A stretch of DNA of 64,000 nucleotides from Gammaproteobacteria bacterium (GTDB taxonomy: Bacteria; Pseudomonadota; Gammaproteobacteria; UBA4575): assembly GCA_965262455.1 (NCBI GenBank), contig CBDHFH010000003.1:242737-306736 (forward strand), written 5' to 3'. The notes below the pieces were generated by a model that was not told the origin of the DNA, made no database searches, and was given only the letters and a program-made list of their open reading frames with translations. Each line of letters starts with the position of its first letter. The first letter of the stretch is position 1. The translations under genes were made by a program, and so were the position numbers. Shown here piece after piece: positions 1 through 9,838 of the stretch.

Positions 1-522
1 AGGTGTGCGCTCCTCTGCAATTTGCCACAGTTGCTTCTCAACCTTTGCGCTCCCCGGCCAGCCAGGTATTGCGCAGTGTCTGGCTAATACCCGTTTAACA
101 TTACCGTCTAAAATAGTGTGCACTTGGTTAAAGCTTAGCGACAAAATAGCGCCCGCAGTGGAACGACCAATACCCGGCAGTGCGATGACTTGCTCTGACT
201 GGGTGGGAAATTCTCCGGCATAGTTATCACGAATAATTTGCGCAGCTTTATGTAAATTACGTGCACGCGCGTAATACCCCAAGCCCGACCAATGATGTAA
301 CACTTCATCCTGATGCGCATCGGCTAACTGCTCAATGCTCGGGAAACGGCGCATAAATTTTTCAAAATATGGGATGACGGTATCTACCTGCGTTTGCTGC
401 AACATGATTTCCGAAACCCACACACGGTAAGCTGTGCGTTGTTGCTGCCAGGGTAATTGTTTACGCCCATGATGTTGTCCCCACTCAAGCACGCGCTTGG
501 CAAAAGTATGCTTACTGCCCAC
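1..522 (-). CDS. mutY: A/G-specific adenine glycosylase MutY, 5' part (runs off window start)
   Basis: Manual minus-strand translation from GTG at 522: [46 protein letters not shown]...[12 protein letters not shown]...[14 protein letters not shown]...[12 protein letters not shown]. Absent from the ORF track because there is no stop in the window. Confidence 0.95.
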   Translation of the reverse strand, partial: MGSKHTFAKRVLEWGQHHGRKQLPWQQQRTAYRVWVSEIMLQQTQVDTVIPYFEKFMRRFPSIEQLADAHQDEVLHHWSGLGYYARARNLHKAAQIIRDNYAGEFPTQSEQVIALPGIGRSTAGAILSLSFNQVHTILDGNVKRVLARHCAIPGWPGSAKVEKQLWQIAEERTP

Positions 523-1063
523 GAGTTAATAAGAGTGAATTTATTTTATCGGCAGTGTAGTGAAGTTGAGAACGCAACTGTTTCTTTAACATATAAGGCC
601 CAACAAAAGGCGGCAACCAAAAGTCTGGCACCATAGAGGCTTGATAGTTGACTAAGGTATTCTCTGCCTGCGGTGTAAAGGTCCAGCGTGTTTGACCAGA
701 CTTAAAATCACTTAACTGTGCAACAAACTGCGTCTCGATAATAAAGTCTTGCTTGAGCTGTACGTCTTCAACGCGCATGATTGTTTTACAAAACATGAGC
801 ATGCATCCTTCTGTAACCAGTTCTACTCGTGTTACACCTGCAACGTTATGAGGGATGACGCGACTTTGTTTTATCAGCGGATTAAGCTCGGTCAAGCGAT
901 CATAATCGGTGATGATGGCATGCACACGTTGCACAGGCGCCATCGCCACAAACTGCATATTGAAATGATAGGTGTTGCCATTTTCACGCTGCACTTCGAC
1001 CTGAATGTCATTCGCATGAGCCGCTGATAGTATAAGCAACAGGCCAAGCAGCCATTGCTTCAT
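512..1063 (-). CDS. Exported SRPBCC/START (polyketide cyclase-like) family protein
   Basis: Signal peptide ([17 protein letters not shown]); motifs [22 protein letters not shown]...PDFWLPP typical of the SRPBCC fold; start overlaps asmA stop (TAATG). Confidence 0.7.
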   Translation of the reverse strand: MKQWLLGLLLILSAAHANDIQVEVQRENGNTYHFNMQFVAMAPVQRVHAIITDYDRLTELNPLIKQSRVIPHNVAGVTRVELVTEGCMLMFCKTIMRVEDVQLKQDFIIETQFVAQLSDFKSGQTRWTFTPQAENTLVNYQASMVPDFWLPPFVGPYMLKKQLRSQLHYTADKINSLLLTRGQ

Positions 1064-2895
1064 TAGAACAGTTTAAGCCCTTTTAGCTTGTCACCTACTT
1101 TTTCATTGATCTTTTCTTTAATTTCTTCTTTCTTCTCTTCAACGACGGCTTTCTGTTTTTCATTTAACGCCGCTTTTAGATCCACGCCGTATTTAGGACT
1201 GTCGAAAGGTCCTTTAATAGTGATAGGTATAGCCGCTTTGCCTGGCTCTTCTGATAATCCAATCGCCATTTCATAGTCCAGCTCAGAAGCAGCAATATTA
1301 ATTGCACCCTTACCATTGCCGTAAATGAGTGGAGTAACCAATTTTAAATCGTTATTGTTCGCGACTCCGTTTTGAATATTGAATGTCGCACTTAGAGAAT
1401 CAAACACGAGCTCTTCACCCGCCGGCTTAGGCTCACGCCCTTTCAACAACGCAACAACTCTTTCAACATTTTGCGCCAACTTTTCACTTTGCAGCGCACC
1501 GTCACTGGCTTTGAAGCTGGCGTTACCATTTAAACGTTGCTTTAATTCTGAAGGACGCTCACCTGTTGTCGTCACCTTGAAAGACAATGCCGACTTGCCA
1601 CGAATAATTGATTTACCATTTTCTACCAAGTCAGCCATTAGGCCATCAATGGCAAGATCGCTAAGATTACTAGACGCTGAGTATTTAGGCGTATTGCCAC
1701 TTACGTTGAGTCCAGCACTGCCGGTGTAGGCGCCCTGATAAAGATTCATTTTAAGCGGGTCGAGATTGATAACGCCTTTGTTGCCGGTAATTTTTGCAGA
1801 AATATCTGTCATGGTTAAACCTGAGGCCAGCAATTTACCCACGGTTAGCGAACCATCCAGTTTCAAACCACGCAACATGTCAGTCGGCAATTCTATTTTT
1901 GCATCGGCGTCTGCGGCGGACTCACTTGCAGCAGCATCCTCAGCTGACTCTGCATTGCTGTCTGTGGCAGGGACCAGTTTAGCAAGATCAATCTCATCTG
2001 AATTAAGCGCAAAAGCAATATTCGGTTTAGAGAATGACTGCACACTTAAATTTCCATCTAATGCAACATCAGCTAAATCGATTGCAATTGGATCAAGTTT
2101 TAAAGACTCGCTTTTTAGATTAGCCTCAACATTACTTTTAACGTTTAAGTCGAGTTTGCCATTAGGTAAACTTTCTCCTTTCGCTTGCACGGCTAACACT
2201 AACTCTGTCAGCTCATACACAGCCGTGCTGATATTCAAACGTGCATTAGTGTCCAGCTGAATGTCTGCATCCATGGCTGGGTTGGTTTGCACAAGACCTA
2301 ATTCAAGACTGATCTTTGAAGGTTTACCACTACCAATGGAGCCGGTTGTTAACTCAATTGGATTTAAAGTGATTTTATTTGCTGCCTGTTGATCATCATA
2401 AACAACTTGTGAATCAGAGATCACAATGCCTGCGACTTCTAAGCCAATATCAGAACCGGCCTCACTGGAGGTATCCGCTGGCGCACTGCTTGACGACTGA
2501 GAAAAATCATCCCAATTGGTTTTACCATTTTTATTTTTTTGTAAGTTTACTCGCAGACCTCTGAGTTCAATGGTATCTGCCTGGACTTTCATTTTTAATA
2601 AACTCAATAAATCAACACTGACCCCAACTTTGTCAATGCTTGCGAAAGGTTCTGTGCCAAAACCGGCGGCATTACTTAGTTCGGCTTGGCCAAGCTTAAT
2701 ACCCAGCTTTGGAAAAAAAGAAAATCCGATGTCACCATCAAGTGATAAATCACGCCCAGTGGCCTCTTTCACTTTAGCAACAATAGTGTCTTTATGATCA
2801 TTCGGATCCACAGTCGCGACCAGAATAGCGGCTCCGGCAACAAATAAGACGACTAGTACCACCAACGCGATGATTAAGTACTTAATTATTTTCAT
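1063..2895 (-). CDS. asmA: AsmA family protein
   Basis: N-terminal TM helix then DPNDHKDTIVAKVKEATGRDLSLDGDIGFSFFPKLG; NWDD motif; C-terminal IPITIKGPFDSPKY; adjacent to mutY. Confidence 0.9.
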   Translation of the reverse strand: MKIIKYLIIALVVLVVLFVAGAAILVATVDPNDHKDTIVAKVKEATGRDLSLDGDIGFSFFPKLGIKLGQAELSNAAGFGTEPFASIDKVGVSVDLLSLLKMKVQADTIELRGLRVNLQKNKNGKTNWDDFSQSSSSAPADTSSEAGSDIGLEVAGIVISDSQVVYDDQQAANKITLNPIELTTGSIGSGKPSKISLELGLVQTNPAMDADIQLDTNARLNISTAVYELTELVLAVQAKGESLPNGKLDLNVKSNVEANLKSESLKLDPIAIDLADVALDGNLSVQSFSKPNIAFALNSDEIDLAKLVPATDSNAESAEDAAASESAADADAKIELPTDMLRGLKLDGSLTVGKLLASGLTMTDISAKITGNKGVINLDPLKMNLYQGAYTGSAGLNVSGNTPKYSASSNLSDLAIDGLMADLVENGKSIIRGKSALSFKVTTTGERPSELKQRLNGNASFKASDGALQSEKLAQNVERVVALLKGREPKPAGEELVFDSLSATFNIQNGVANNNDLKLVTPLIYGNGKGAINIAASELDYEMAIGLSEEPGKAAIPITIKGPFDSPKYGVDLKAALNEKQKAVVEEKKEEIKEKINEKVGDKLKGLKLF

Positions 2896-2943
2896 TGTAA
2901 TAGCTCCTCAACCAAATATTTTTGTTGCTAATGTTTTTTACAT

Positions 2944-3423
2944 TTACTTATCACGCACCCATGTGCCCGATTTACCACCTTGTTTTTCTAGCAATTGGAT
3001 ATCACACATGCGCATACCTTTATCGACTGCTTTACACATGTCATAGATTGTCAGTAATGCAATTTGTACTGCCGTCAATGCCTCCATCTCAACGCCGGTA
3101 GGTCCAGTGGTTTTTACTGTTGCCATGCAATGAACATCATTGCTGGATGCGTCGCTCTCGAAGTCCACTTTGACAGAGGACAACTGCAATGGGTGACATA
3201 ATGGCACTAGTTCAGCGGTTTTTTTCGCGGCCATGATGCCTGCAATTCTTGCAATACCCAATACGTCACCTTTTTTATGTCCGCCCTGCTGGATAAGCTC
3301 TAAAGTACTCGCTTGCATGGCAATGCGCCCCTCGGCAATAGCGACACGTTGTGTGAGCGGCTTTTCACCTACGTCCACCATATGTGCTTCACCAGCGGGA
3401 TTAAAATGCGTTAATTGATTCAT
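2944..3423 (-). CDS. moaC: Cyclic pyranopterin monophosphate synthase MoaC
   Basis: [59 protein letters not shown]. Confidence 0.97.
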   Translation of the reverse strand: MNQLTHFNPAGEAHMVDVGEKPLTQRVAIAEGRIAMQASTLELIQQGGHKKGDVLGIARIAGIMAAKKTAELVPLCHPLQLSSVKVDFESDASSNDVHCMATVKTTGPTGVEMEALTAVQIALLTIYDMCKAVDKGMRMCDIQLLEKQGGKSGTWVRDK

Positions 3424-3491
3424 GACTAGGATGTGTCGTGTGTTATTGAGTAAGATAATACACTAACTTACTCAATATCATTATTTCTATT

Positions 3492-3725
3492 ATGACAATT
3501 AGTGTACGATTTTTTGCGAGCTTAAGAGAACATTTAGGCTTTGCAGAAGCCGAGCTTGAATCGCAACCCGATTTAACCGCGCAAGATGTATGGGATCTAA
3601 GCACGAAAGGTGTGGCACTCCCCGACAATACACTCGTGGCTGTGAATCAGGAATATGTCAGCCTGAGTGAAGTCATCCAGGAGGGTGACGAGGTGGCGTT
3701 CTTTCCCCCTGTCACGGGCGGTTAA
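3492..3725 (+). CDS. moaD: Molybdopterin synthase sulfur carrier MoaD
   Basis: VRFFASLRE; AVNQEY; C-terminal GDEVAFFPPVTGG; divergent from moaC. Confidence 0.95.
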   Translation: MTISVRFFASLREHLGFAEAELESQPDLTAQDVWDLSTKGVALPDNTLVAVNQEYVSLSEVIQEGDEVAFFPPVTGG

Positions 3726-3748
3726 TTCAATCACACCTAATTCAACAG

Positions 3749-5128
3749 TTACTGAATAAGTATAAATAAACCACGGTTGCCACGCTGAATATTAAGCAGA
3801 AGTCCGCGCGACTCAATGTCAATTGCACGCTGCATGTCTTTAAATGTCGTCACTGGACGTTTATTTACTGACAGAATTAAATCCCCCGCACGTAATCCAG
3901 CGCTGGCCGCAGCACTGCCCGGTTGTAATTTGGAAATCATAATCACGGGCGTGACATCACCATTACGTTGATCGATTTCAGTCATGGTCAGCTCAGCACC
4001 ATCAAGCGTGCTGGACAGTTTTTTGCCCGCCATGGTTTTGGTTTGTCTCTCTGCAATGGTGGCAGACAGACGTTTTGATTTTCCATTTCTGATGATATCA
4101 ATTTCAATTTTAGTACCGACCCGAATCAAGCCGATGATGTTGCGTATATCGGCTTTGTTCTCAACGCTTTCACCATTGACAGCCACAATGACATCACCCG
4201 CACGCATGCCTGCCTTTTCGGCTGCAGAATCTTCTTGCACCCTGGCAACTACCACTCCTTGACGTTGATTGATGTCAAACGCTTCGGCTAATTCAGTCGT
4301 TAAGTCTTGCGCAGTGAACCCTAGACGTCCTCGTTTCACTTCGCCATGTTCAATTAATTGGGCAATAATCTGTTGCGCCATGTTAACCGGAATGGCAAAC
4401 CCGATGCCGACACTGCCACCACTGGGGCCGACAATTGCCGTGTTGATACCAACTAATTCACCTCTTAAATTCACTAACGCACCGCCAGAGTTTCCAGGGT
4501 TAATGGATGCATCAGTTTGAATAAAATCTTCATAAGATTCGATCCCTAAACCACTACGCCCCAGGGCACTGACAATGCCCGATGTCACCGTCTGACCCAA
4601 TCCAAACGGATTGCCTATCGCCACTACAAAATCGCCCACACGCAGTTTGTTTGAATCGGCTTTTTTTATTGCGGTGAGATTGTTTGCTTCAACTTGAATG
4701 ATGGCCACATCAGCACCTGGATCTCTACCCACGACGGTGGCATCTAATTTACGCCCATCACTGAGTGTGACAACAATATCGTCGGCTTTTTCAATCACAT
4801 GATTATTTGTCACGATGTAACCTTCTTTAGCATCCAAGATGACGCCTGACCCTAAGCCGGTGCGTTTACGCTCACGCCGTTGTTGCGGTATATCAAAAAA
4901 GCGACGAAAGAAAGGGTCATTAAATAATGGGCTTTCCTGTATGACTGTGCCAGTGGTGGCAATATTGACAACACTTGGCGTGACTTTTTCTAACATCGGT
5001 GCCAGTGTCGGCAATGACTCGCCATCAACACTTGCAGGAAGACCCGCCCATACCAGTTTGGTCATACTGAGCAAGGGTAAACATAATAATAGTACTGAAA
5101 ATAAAAAATGTTTAATTGTATTTTTCAT
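3749..5128 (-). CDS. degQ: Periplasmic HtrA serine protease (DegP/DegQ) with two PDZ domains
   Basis: Signal peptide; GLGSGVI, TNNHV, FIQTDASINPGNSGGAL; two PDZ-like repeats. Confidence 0.93.
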   Translation of the reverse strand: MKNTIKHFLFSVLLLCLPLLSMTKLVWAGLPASVDGESLPTLAPMLEKVTPSVVNIATTGTVIQESPLFNDPFFRRFFDIPQQRRERKRTGLGSGVILDAKEGYIVTNNHVIEKADDIVVTLSDGRKLDATVVGRDPGADVAIIQVEANNLTAIKKADSNKLRVGDFVVAIGNPFGLGQTVTSGIVSALGRSGLGIESYEDFIQTDASINPGNSGGALVNLRGELVGINTAIVGPSGGSVGIGFAIPVNMAQQIIAQLIEHGEVKRGRLGFTAQDLTTELAEAFDINQRQGVVVARVQEDSAAEKAGMRAGDVIVAVNGESVENKADIRNIIGLIRVGTKIEIDIIRNGKSKRLSATIAERQTKTMAGKKLSSTLDGAELTMTEIDQRNGDVTPVIMISKLQPGSAAASAGLRAGDLILSVNKRPVTTFKDMQRAIDIESRGLLLNIQRGNRGLFILIQ

Positions 5129-5162
5129 AGGTCTTATTATTTTTTAGTCACAGAATTATAGA

Positions 5163-5190
5163 TAAGAACAGTGAAATTTTTATCAGTTCC
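5163..5190 (-). promoter_or_regulatory. Putative sigmaE (RpoE/AlgU) promoter of degQ
   Basis: Minus strand GGAACT-N17-TCTTA; the -35 lies in a direct repeat (agttccctag at 5185 and 5201). Confidence 0.7.
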
Positions 5191-5275
5191 CTAGTTTATT
5201 AGTTCCCTAGTGAATCTATAAGTCGTCAGTTGACATCAACTATTCACTTACAGATTCAGCTTTAATAACGTTGCG

Positions 5276-6181
5276 TTATACAGCGCGTGGATTAAAGTCG
5301 AATGTATCTTTCATTTTTTGGTAAAAAGACTTTTGTTCTTGCGTGTTAGCAGGCGGTGCAACTATTAACAGACGCACGTACAAATCGCCCGCGGGTGACC
5401 CAGGTAAGCCTTTTCCAGCTAAACGCATTTTGCGACCACTGTTAGAATTAGCCGGCACTTTCAATTCCACATGACCGTCTAAGGTTGCAATAGTGACTTT
5501 ACCACCTAGTGCTGCCTCCCAAGGCGCGATGTTTACATTAAGATAAATATCTTTACCGACTAACTCATATTGCGCATCATTAACAACTGTCACTTCCAAA
5601 TAAAGATCGCCATTAGGTCCACCATTCACCCCTGGAGAGCCTTGTCCACTCAAACGTATCTTTTTACCACTCGTGATACCGACAGGGATCTTAACTTGCA
5701 GTGACTTACCGTTACTTAAACGTATTGATTTATTAGCGCCATGATATGCCTCACTGACAGTGATATTAATCGCCGCGTTTTGATCTTGCCCGGCCTGTTG
5801 AAACGCATGGGCACCACCGGCGGCATGCGCAAAACCACTGCCAAACATGCTTTCAAAAAAATCACTAAACCCACTTGCGCTATTGAAACCTCCTGAATGA
5901 CCACCAAAACCACCAAAGCCCGCGTTTTCCCAGCCAGGCGGCGGACGAAATTGTTCGCCTGCTTTCCAGTTAGCACCCAGTTGATCATAAGACTGTCGCT
6001 TTTGCGGATCCTTTAGTACTTCATAGGCTTCGCCAATTTCTTTGAAGCGTGTTTCCGCATCGGCCTCTTTACTTACATCCGGGTGATATTTACGCGCAAG
6101 CCGGCGATAAGCTTGCTTTACTTGCGCATCACTTGCATCACGTTCAACACCCAGGATTTTGTAATAGTCTTTATATTCCAT
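5276..6181 (-). CDS. cbpA: DnaJ-class chaperone CbpA (J domain, no Zn finger)
   Basis: KDYYKILGV, HPD motif, G/F-rich linker, PWEAALG; no CxxCxGxG repeats. Confidence 0.9.
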   Translation of the reverse strand: MEYKDYYKILGVERDASDAQVKQAYRRLARKYHPDVSKEADAETRFKEIGEAYEVLKDPQKRQSYDQLGANWKAGEQFRPPPGWENAGFGGFGGHSGGFNSASGFSDFFESMFGSGFAHAAGGAHAFQQAGQDQNAAINITVSEAYHGANKSIRLSNGKSLQVKIPVGITSGKKIRLSGQGSPGVNGGPNGDLYLEVTVVNDAQYELVGKDIYLNVNIAPWEAALGGKVTIATLDGHVELKVPANSNSGRKMRLAGKGLPGSPAGDLYVRLLIVAPPANTQEQKSFYQKMKDTFDFNPRAV

Positions 6182-6207
6182 AATTAAATGTTACTGCTCG
6201 TTAAGCA

Positions 6208-6235
6208 AAGACGCCGCGAAGATACGCGGCGTCTT
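6208..6235 (-). terminator. GC-rich hairpin between hsp20 and cbpA (terminator or stability hairpin)
   Basis: aagacgccgcg-aagata-cgcggcgtctt, perfect 11 bp inverted repeat; U-tract is short. Confidence 0.55.
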
Positions 6236-6277
6236 AAACTCAGAAAACATCATTAGCGGTTTTAACAACCGATATGA

Positions 6278-6709
6278 TTATTGTACTTCAATTTTCTTTT
6301 GTGCTTTTTGTTGTTTGGGCACTCGTACGACTAACACGCCTTGCTCGTTCTTTGCTGAGATTGCCTCGGCATCTATATGTTTAGGCAACCGGAACGTTCT
6401 TTGAAATTCACCGTGCGATCTTTCAATACGCTTGTAGCCATCATGCTCGCTTTCACTTTCATTACTACGCGAGCCCTTGATGGTGAGTGCATCATCCTGA
6501 TAAACAATTTCAATATCGTTACGATCAACACCTGGCAAATCTGCTTTAAAGACATAGCTATCTTTTTCTTCAATGACATCAACGGCGGGCGCCCATTGGG
6601 CTGACGCAGCATCAAGCTGCCCATTCGCCGCAGACAACCAGCGATCTACTTCATCATGAAAATCGTGCCATAAACTAACAGGTTGAGTATTAATTCTTGC
6701 TAACATCAT
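6278..6709 (-). CDS. Hsp20/alpha-crystallin small heat shock protein
   Basis: WAPAVDV, ADLPGV, RIERSHGEFQRTFRLP, GVLVVRVPK; start moved to ATG 6709 after GGAGG RBS. Confidence 0.93.
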   Translation of the reverse strand: MMLARINTQPVSLWHDFHDEVDRWLSAANGQLDAASAQWAPAVDVIEEKDSYVFKADLPGVDRNDIEIVYQDDALTIKGSRSNESESEHDGYKRIERSHGEFQRTFRLPKHIDAEAISAKNEQGVLVVRVPKQQKAQKKIEVQ

Positions 6710-6737
6710 AACCTCCAAAAACAATAATTTACTTACA

Positions 6738-6820
6738 ATATTGGGTCGAAGTCATATGATTTCAAGCCCTTTACTATTGCTGCTGTATTTGAAGATGGCG
6801 ACGAACTAACATTTTTCAAG
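6738..6820 (-). promoter_or_regulatory. Two tandem putative sigma32 promoters upstream of hsp20-cbpA
   Basis: Minus strand CTTGAAA-N14-CCCAATAT (6766-6738) and CTTGAAA-N13-CGCCATCT (6820-6793); consensus is CTTGAAA-N13/14-CCCCATNT. Confidence 0.8.
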
Positions 6821-6843
6821 TCACCCTGGCGTAATATTTAGTT

Positions 6844-7326
6844 TTATTTTGTCTCGAATCGACCTGCATCACGATTTTTCTTCACCTCATCAGCGTTAAA
6901 TAATTGGCCATTCATAGCAATATAGACTCCCGCAGGAAGTATACTTACGGCTGCAGTAGCAAAGCCAATATTATAGCTGGCATCACTGTCTCTGAATCTT
7001 GCTGGCTGCATGGCGCCAACCAATACGATGGTTTTATCAGTAAACTGTTTTAACTCCTGAGCAGTATCGACCATTGTATCAGTACCATGCGTCATAACGA
7101 TGCGTTGACAGGGTTCTTTTTTGACGCACTCAGCGATATGCGCTCGATCTTCATCTGTAATATCTAGGCTGTCTTTTTTTAGTATGCTTTCAATTGCGTA
7201 AGTAAAGTTAACTCCTGCTTGTTCTAATATCCATTCCACTTGTGGCTCACCAATTTGATAATCACTCAAGGCATCGTAATACATTTTATCGAATGTGCCG
7301 CCGGTGCATAAGATTTTTATTTGCAT
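6844..7326 (-). CDS. Single-domain asparaginase-family protein
   Basis: TGGTFDK, DSLD, THGTDTM, GAMQPA; N-terminal catalytic domain only. Confidence 0.85.
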   Translation of the reverse strand: MQIKILCTGGTFDKMYYDALSDYQIGEPQVEWILEQAGVNFTYAIESILKKDSLDITDEDRAHIAECVKKEPCQRIVMTHGTDTMVDTAQELKQFTDKTIVLVGAMQPARFRDSDASYNIGFATAAVSILPAGVYIAMNGQLFNADEVKKNRDAGRFETK

Positions 7327-7507
7327 AATGTTTGCTCTTATATAATGTTTTTCACGCTGCTGAATATTATAATATTGAAATTAGTTATTGCTGTATTGTA
7401 AGTCATGCGTTTAAGGTAAGAAAAAATCAGCTAAGCGACGCAATGAACTTGCTCACCCATATGTAAATTGCTTTTTTACAAATGCAGCATAAACACATCA
7501 GAATTTA

Positions 7508-8374
7508 CTATTCTATGTTTTGAACTTGTTCGCGCATCTGTTCGATATTCACTTTCATATCGACAGCCGCTTGAGTGGTAACAATATCCGCCGACTTTGA
7601 ACTTAAGGTATTTGCCTCTCGATTTAATTCTTGCATAAGAAAATCTAAGCGCCGGCCCACCGGTTTATCGCTGGACAAAATATCATTGAGTTCTTGTAAA
7701 TGACTATCAAGTCGGTCGAGCTCTTCATCAACATCCAGCTTTTGCGCAATCATAACCAGCTCCTGCTCCAGACGATTGCTATCAAACTCAACTTCCAAAT
7801 CTTCAATTCGCGAGATTAGCTTTGTACGAATTGCACTAAGCACTTGTGGGCGGCGTGTACGTACTGCGTCAACCAATTCCGCTAACTGTGTACCGCGTTG
7901 TGCAATAAGCTCACGCATGCGTTCGCCTTCAATTTTACGATTTTCAATTAGCGCATGTAAGGCTTGCTGAAATAGTTTTTTTGCATGACTGATTAATTGC
8001 TTTTGGTCAATTTGCGCCTGCTCTGTCACGCCTGGCCAGTTGAGTAGTTCAATAGGATTCGGTGCGGGTAAGTCAGGAGACTTACTGCGCAGCAATTGTG
8101 TTTGCTCTAACAGTCTATCCAGCAGCACTTGATTAATTGTTAAGTTAACATCGGTTTCAGACGTTGTTTTGAGTCGAAACGTACAGTCGACCTTACCGCG
8201 ACTTAACAAGTCTTGCGCCATTTTGCGTAAATCAAACTCCGCCGCCCGCAGTTCCTCAGGCAGCCGAAAGCCAACTTCGAGATATCGATGATTAATAGAA
8301 CGTATCTCCCACACAAAATTACCAATTGCGTGGTTTTCATCGACTCGTGCAAACGCTGTCATACTTTTTAGCAT
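7508..8374 (-). CDS. yicC: YicC/YloC family endoribonuclease
   Basis: SMTAFAR, SINHRYLE, DVDEELDRL, GRRLDFLMQELNREANT, EQMREQVQNIE; divergent from rph. Confidence 0.96.
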   Translation of the reverse strand: MLKSMTAFARVDENHAIGNFVWEIRSINHRYLEVGFRLPEELRAAEFDLRKMAQDLLSRGKVDCTFRLKTTSETDVNLTINQVLLDRLLEQTQLLRSKSPDLPAPNPIELLNWPGVTEQAQIDQKQLISHAKKLFQQALHALIENRKIEGERMRELIAQRGTQLAELVDAVRTRRPQVLSAIRTKLISRIEDLEVEFDSNRLEQELVMIAQKLDVDEELDRLDSHLQELNDILSSDKPVGRRLDFLMQELNREANTLSSKSADIVTTQAAVDMKVNIEQMREQVQNIE

Positions 8375-8462
8375 GTATGCTCCTTACCTATTCCTCTATT
8401 TATCCTGCCGGGCTGAGTGAAATCTCGTATAATGCGCGCCTTCAATTACCTCGGAGAAATCT

Positions 8463-9176
8463 ATGCGACCTAGTGGCCGTTCCCCAGATCAATTGCGTGA
8501 CATAAAATTTACCCGCAACTATACCAAGCATGCAGAAGGATCAGTACTTGTTGAGTGTGGCGATACTAAAGTGTTATGCAATGCTTCCATTGAGCCACGC
8601 GTCCCGCCTTGGATGAGGGATCAAGGCAGAGGATGGATCACTGCCGAATACGGGATGCTACCACGATCGACAGGTTCACGTATGCGCCGTGAAGCCAGCC
8701 AGGGCAAACAAGGTGGCCGTACTCAAGAAATTCAGCGTTTGATCGGACGCGCCTTACGCGCCTCTGTTGATCTGACACTACTGGGTGAAAATACCATCAC
8801 GGTTGACTGTGATGTTATTCAAGCTGACGGCGGAACACGTACTGCCTCTATCAGTGGCGGCTTTGTCGCCCTGCATGATGCCATTCACACATTACTCAAA
8901 GCCGGCATGATTCAACAGGATCCTGTGCAATGGTTTGTGGCCTCGATATCCGTCGGCATTTTTCAGCAAACTCCAGTACTCGATCTAGATTATGCTGAGG
9001 ATTCTCAAGCGGATACCGACATGAACATCGTTATGAGTGAGCAAGGTAAATTTATCGAACTACAAGGCACCGCAGAAGGACATTGCTTCGATGAACAAGA
9101 ATTACAGGCGATGTTAGCACATGCCAAAGCAGGTATTTTGCAAGTTATCGATAAACAAAAACAATGCTTGGCTTAA
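8463..9176 (+). CDS. rph: Ribonuclease PH
   Basis: [50 protein letters not shown]. Confidence 0.98.
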   Translation: MRPSGRSPDQLRDIKFTRNYTKHAEGSVLVECGDTKVLCNASIEPRVPPWMRDQGRGWITAEYGMLPRSTGSRMRREASQGKQGGRTQEIQRLIGRALRASVDLTLLGENTITVDCDVIQADGGTRTASISGGFVALHDAIHTLLKAGMIQQDPVQWFVASISVGIFQQTPVLDLDYAEDSQADTDMNIVMSEQGKFIELQGTAEGHCFDEQELQAMLAHAKAGILQVIDKQKQCLA

Positions 9177-9189
9177 CAATAAATAAAGC

Positions 9190-9834
9190 ATGCACATGAG
9201 CTCAGCCAGTCAAAAAATTATTTTAGCTAGCAGTAACACGGGAAAGCTAACAGAAATTAAAACAATTTTTGCTGATCAACCCTATGAGCTTGTTCCTCAA
9301 GGCCAACATAATGTAAGCGATGCGGATGAAACCGGCTTGACGTTTGTAGAAAACGCTATCATCAAAGCACGGCATGCCGCACAGTCCACCGGCTTAATGG
9401 CATTGGCAGATGACTCTGGCATTGAAGTCGATTATCTAAATGGCGCCCCGGGTATTTATTCCGCCAGATATGCAGGCCAACCGTGTGATAACCAAGCCAA
9501 TAATGAAAAATTATTAAGCGCGTTAGCCGGCGTACCAAGCGAACAACGCAGTGCACGTTTTCAATGTGTGATTGTGTTAATGCGTCATGCCAATGATCCA
9601 ACGCCGCTAATCTGCAGTGGCACATGGGAAGGCATCATTGTTGATCAGCAAACCGGTACAAATGGATTTGGTTATGATCCATTGTTTTATGTCCCCACTC
9701 ATCAGTGTACCTCTGCTGAATTATCGCCACAGACAAAAAACAACTTAAGCCACCGCGGCCAAGCATTGCGTGAACTAAAACAAAAATTCCCATCATTTTT
9801 AAGTACTCATTTAACTACTGACGTGCGCAATTAA
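9190..9834 (+). CDS. rdgB: dITP/XTP pyrophosphatase RdgB (HAM1)
   Basis: LASSNTGK, ENAIIKA, ADDSG, PGIYSARYAG, GFGYDPLF, SHRGQAL. Confidence 0.96.
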   Translation: MHMSSASQKIILASSNTGKLTEIKTIFADQPYELVPQGQHNVSDADETGLTFVENAIIKARHAAQSTGLMALADDSGIEVDYLNGAPGIYSARYAGQPCDNQANNEKLLSALAGVPSEQRSARFQCVIVLMRHANDPTPLICSGTWEGIIVDQQTGTNGFGYDPLFYVPTHQCTSAELSPQTKNNLSHRGQALRELKQKFPSFLSTHLTTDVRN

Positions 9835-9838
9835 ACTA

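Noticed and set aside
5185-5210. Direct repeat agttccctag x2 as a CRISPR or iteron array
   Set aside because: Only two 10 bp copies, and it coincides with the sigmaE -35 element
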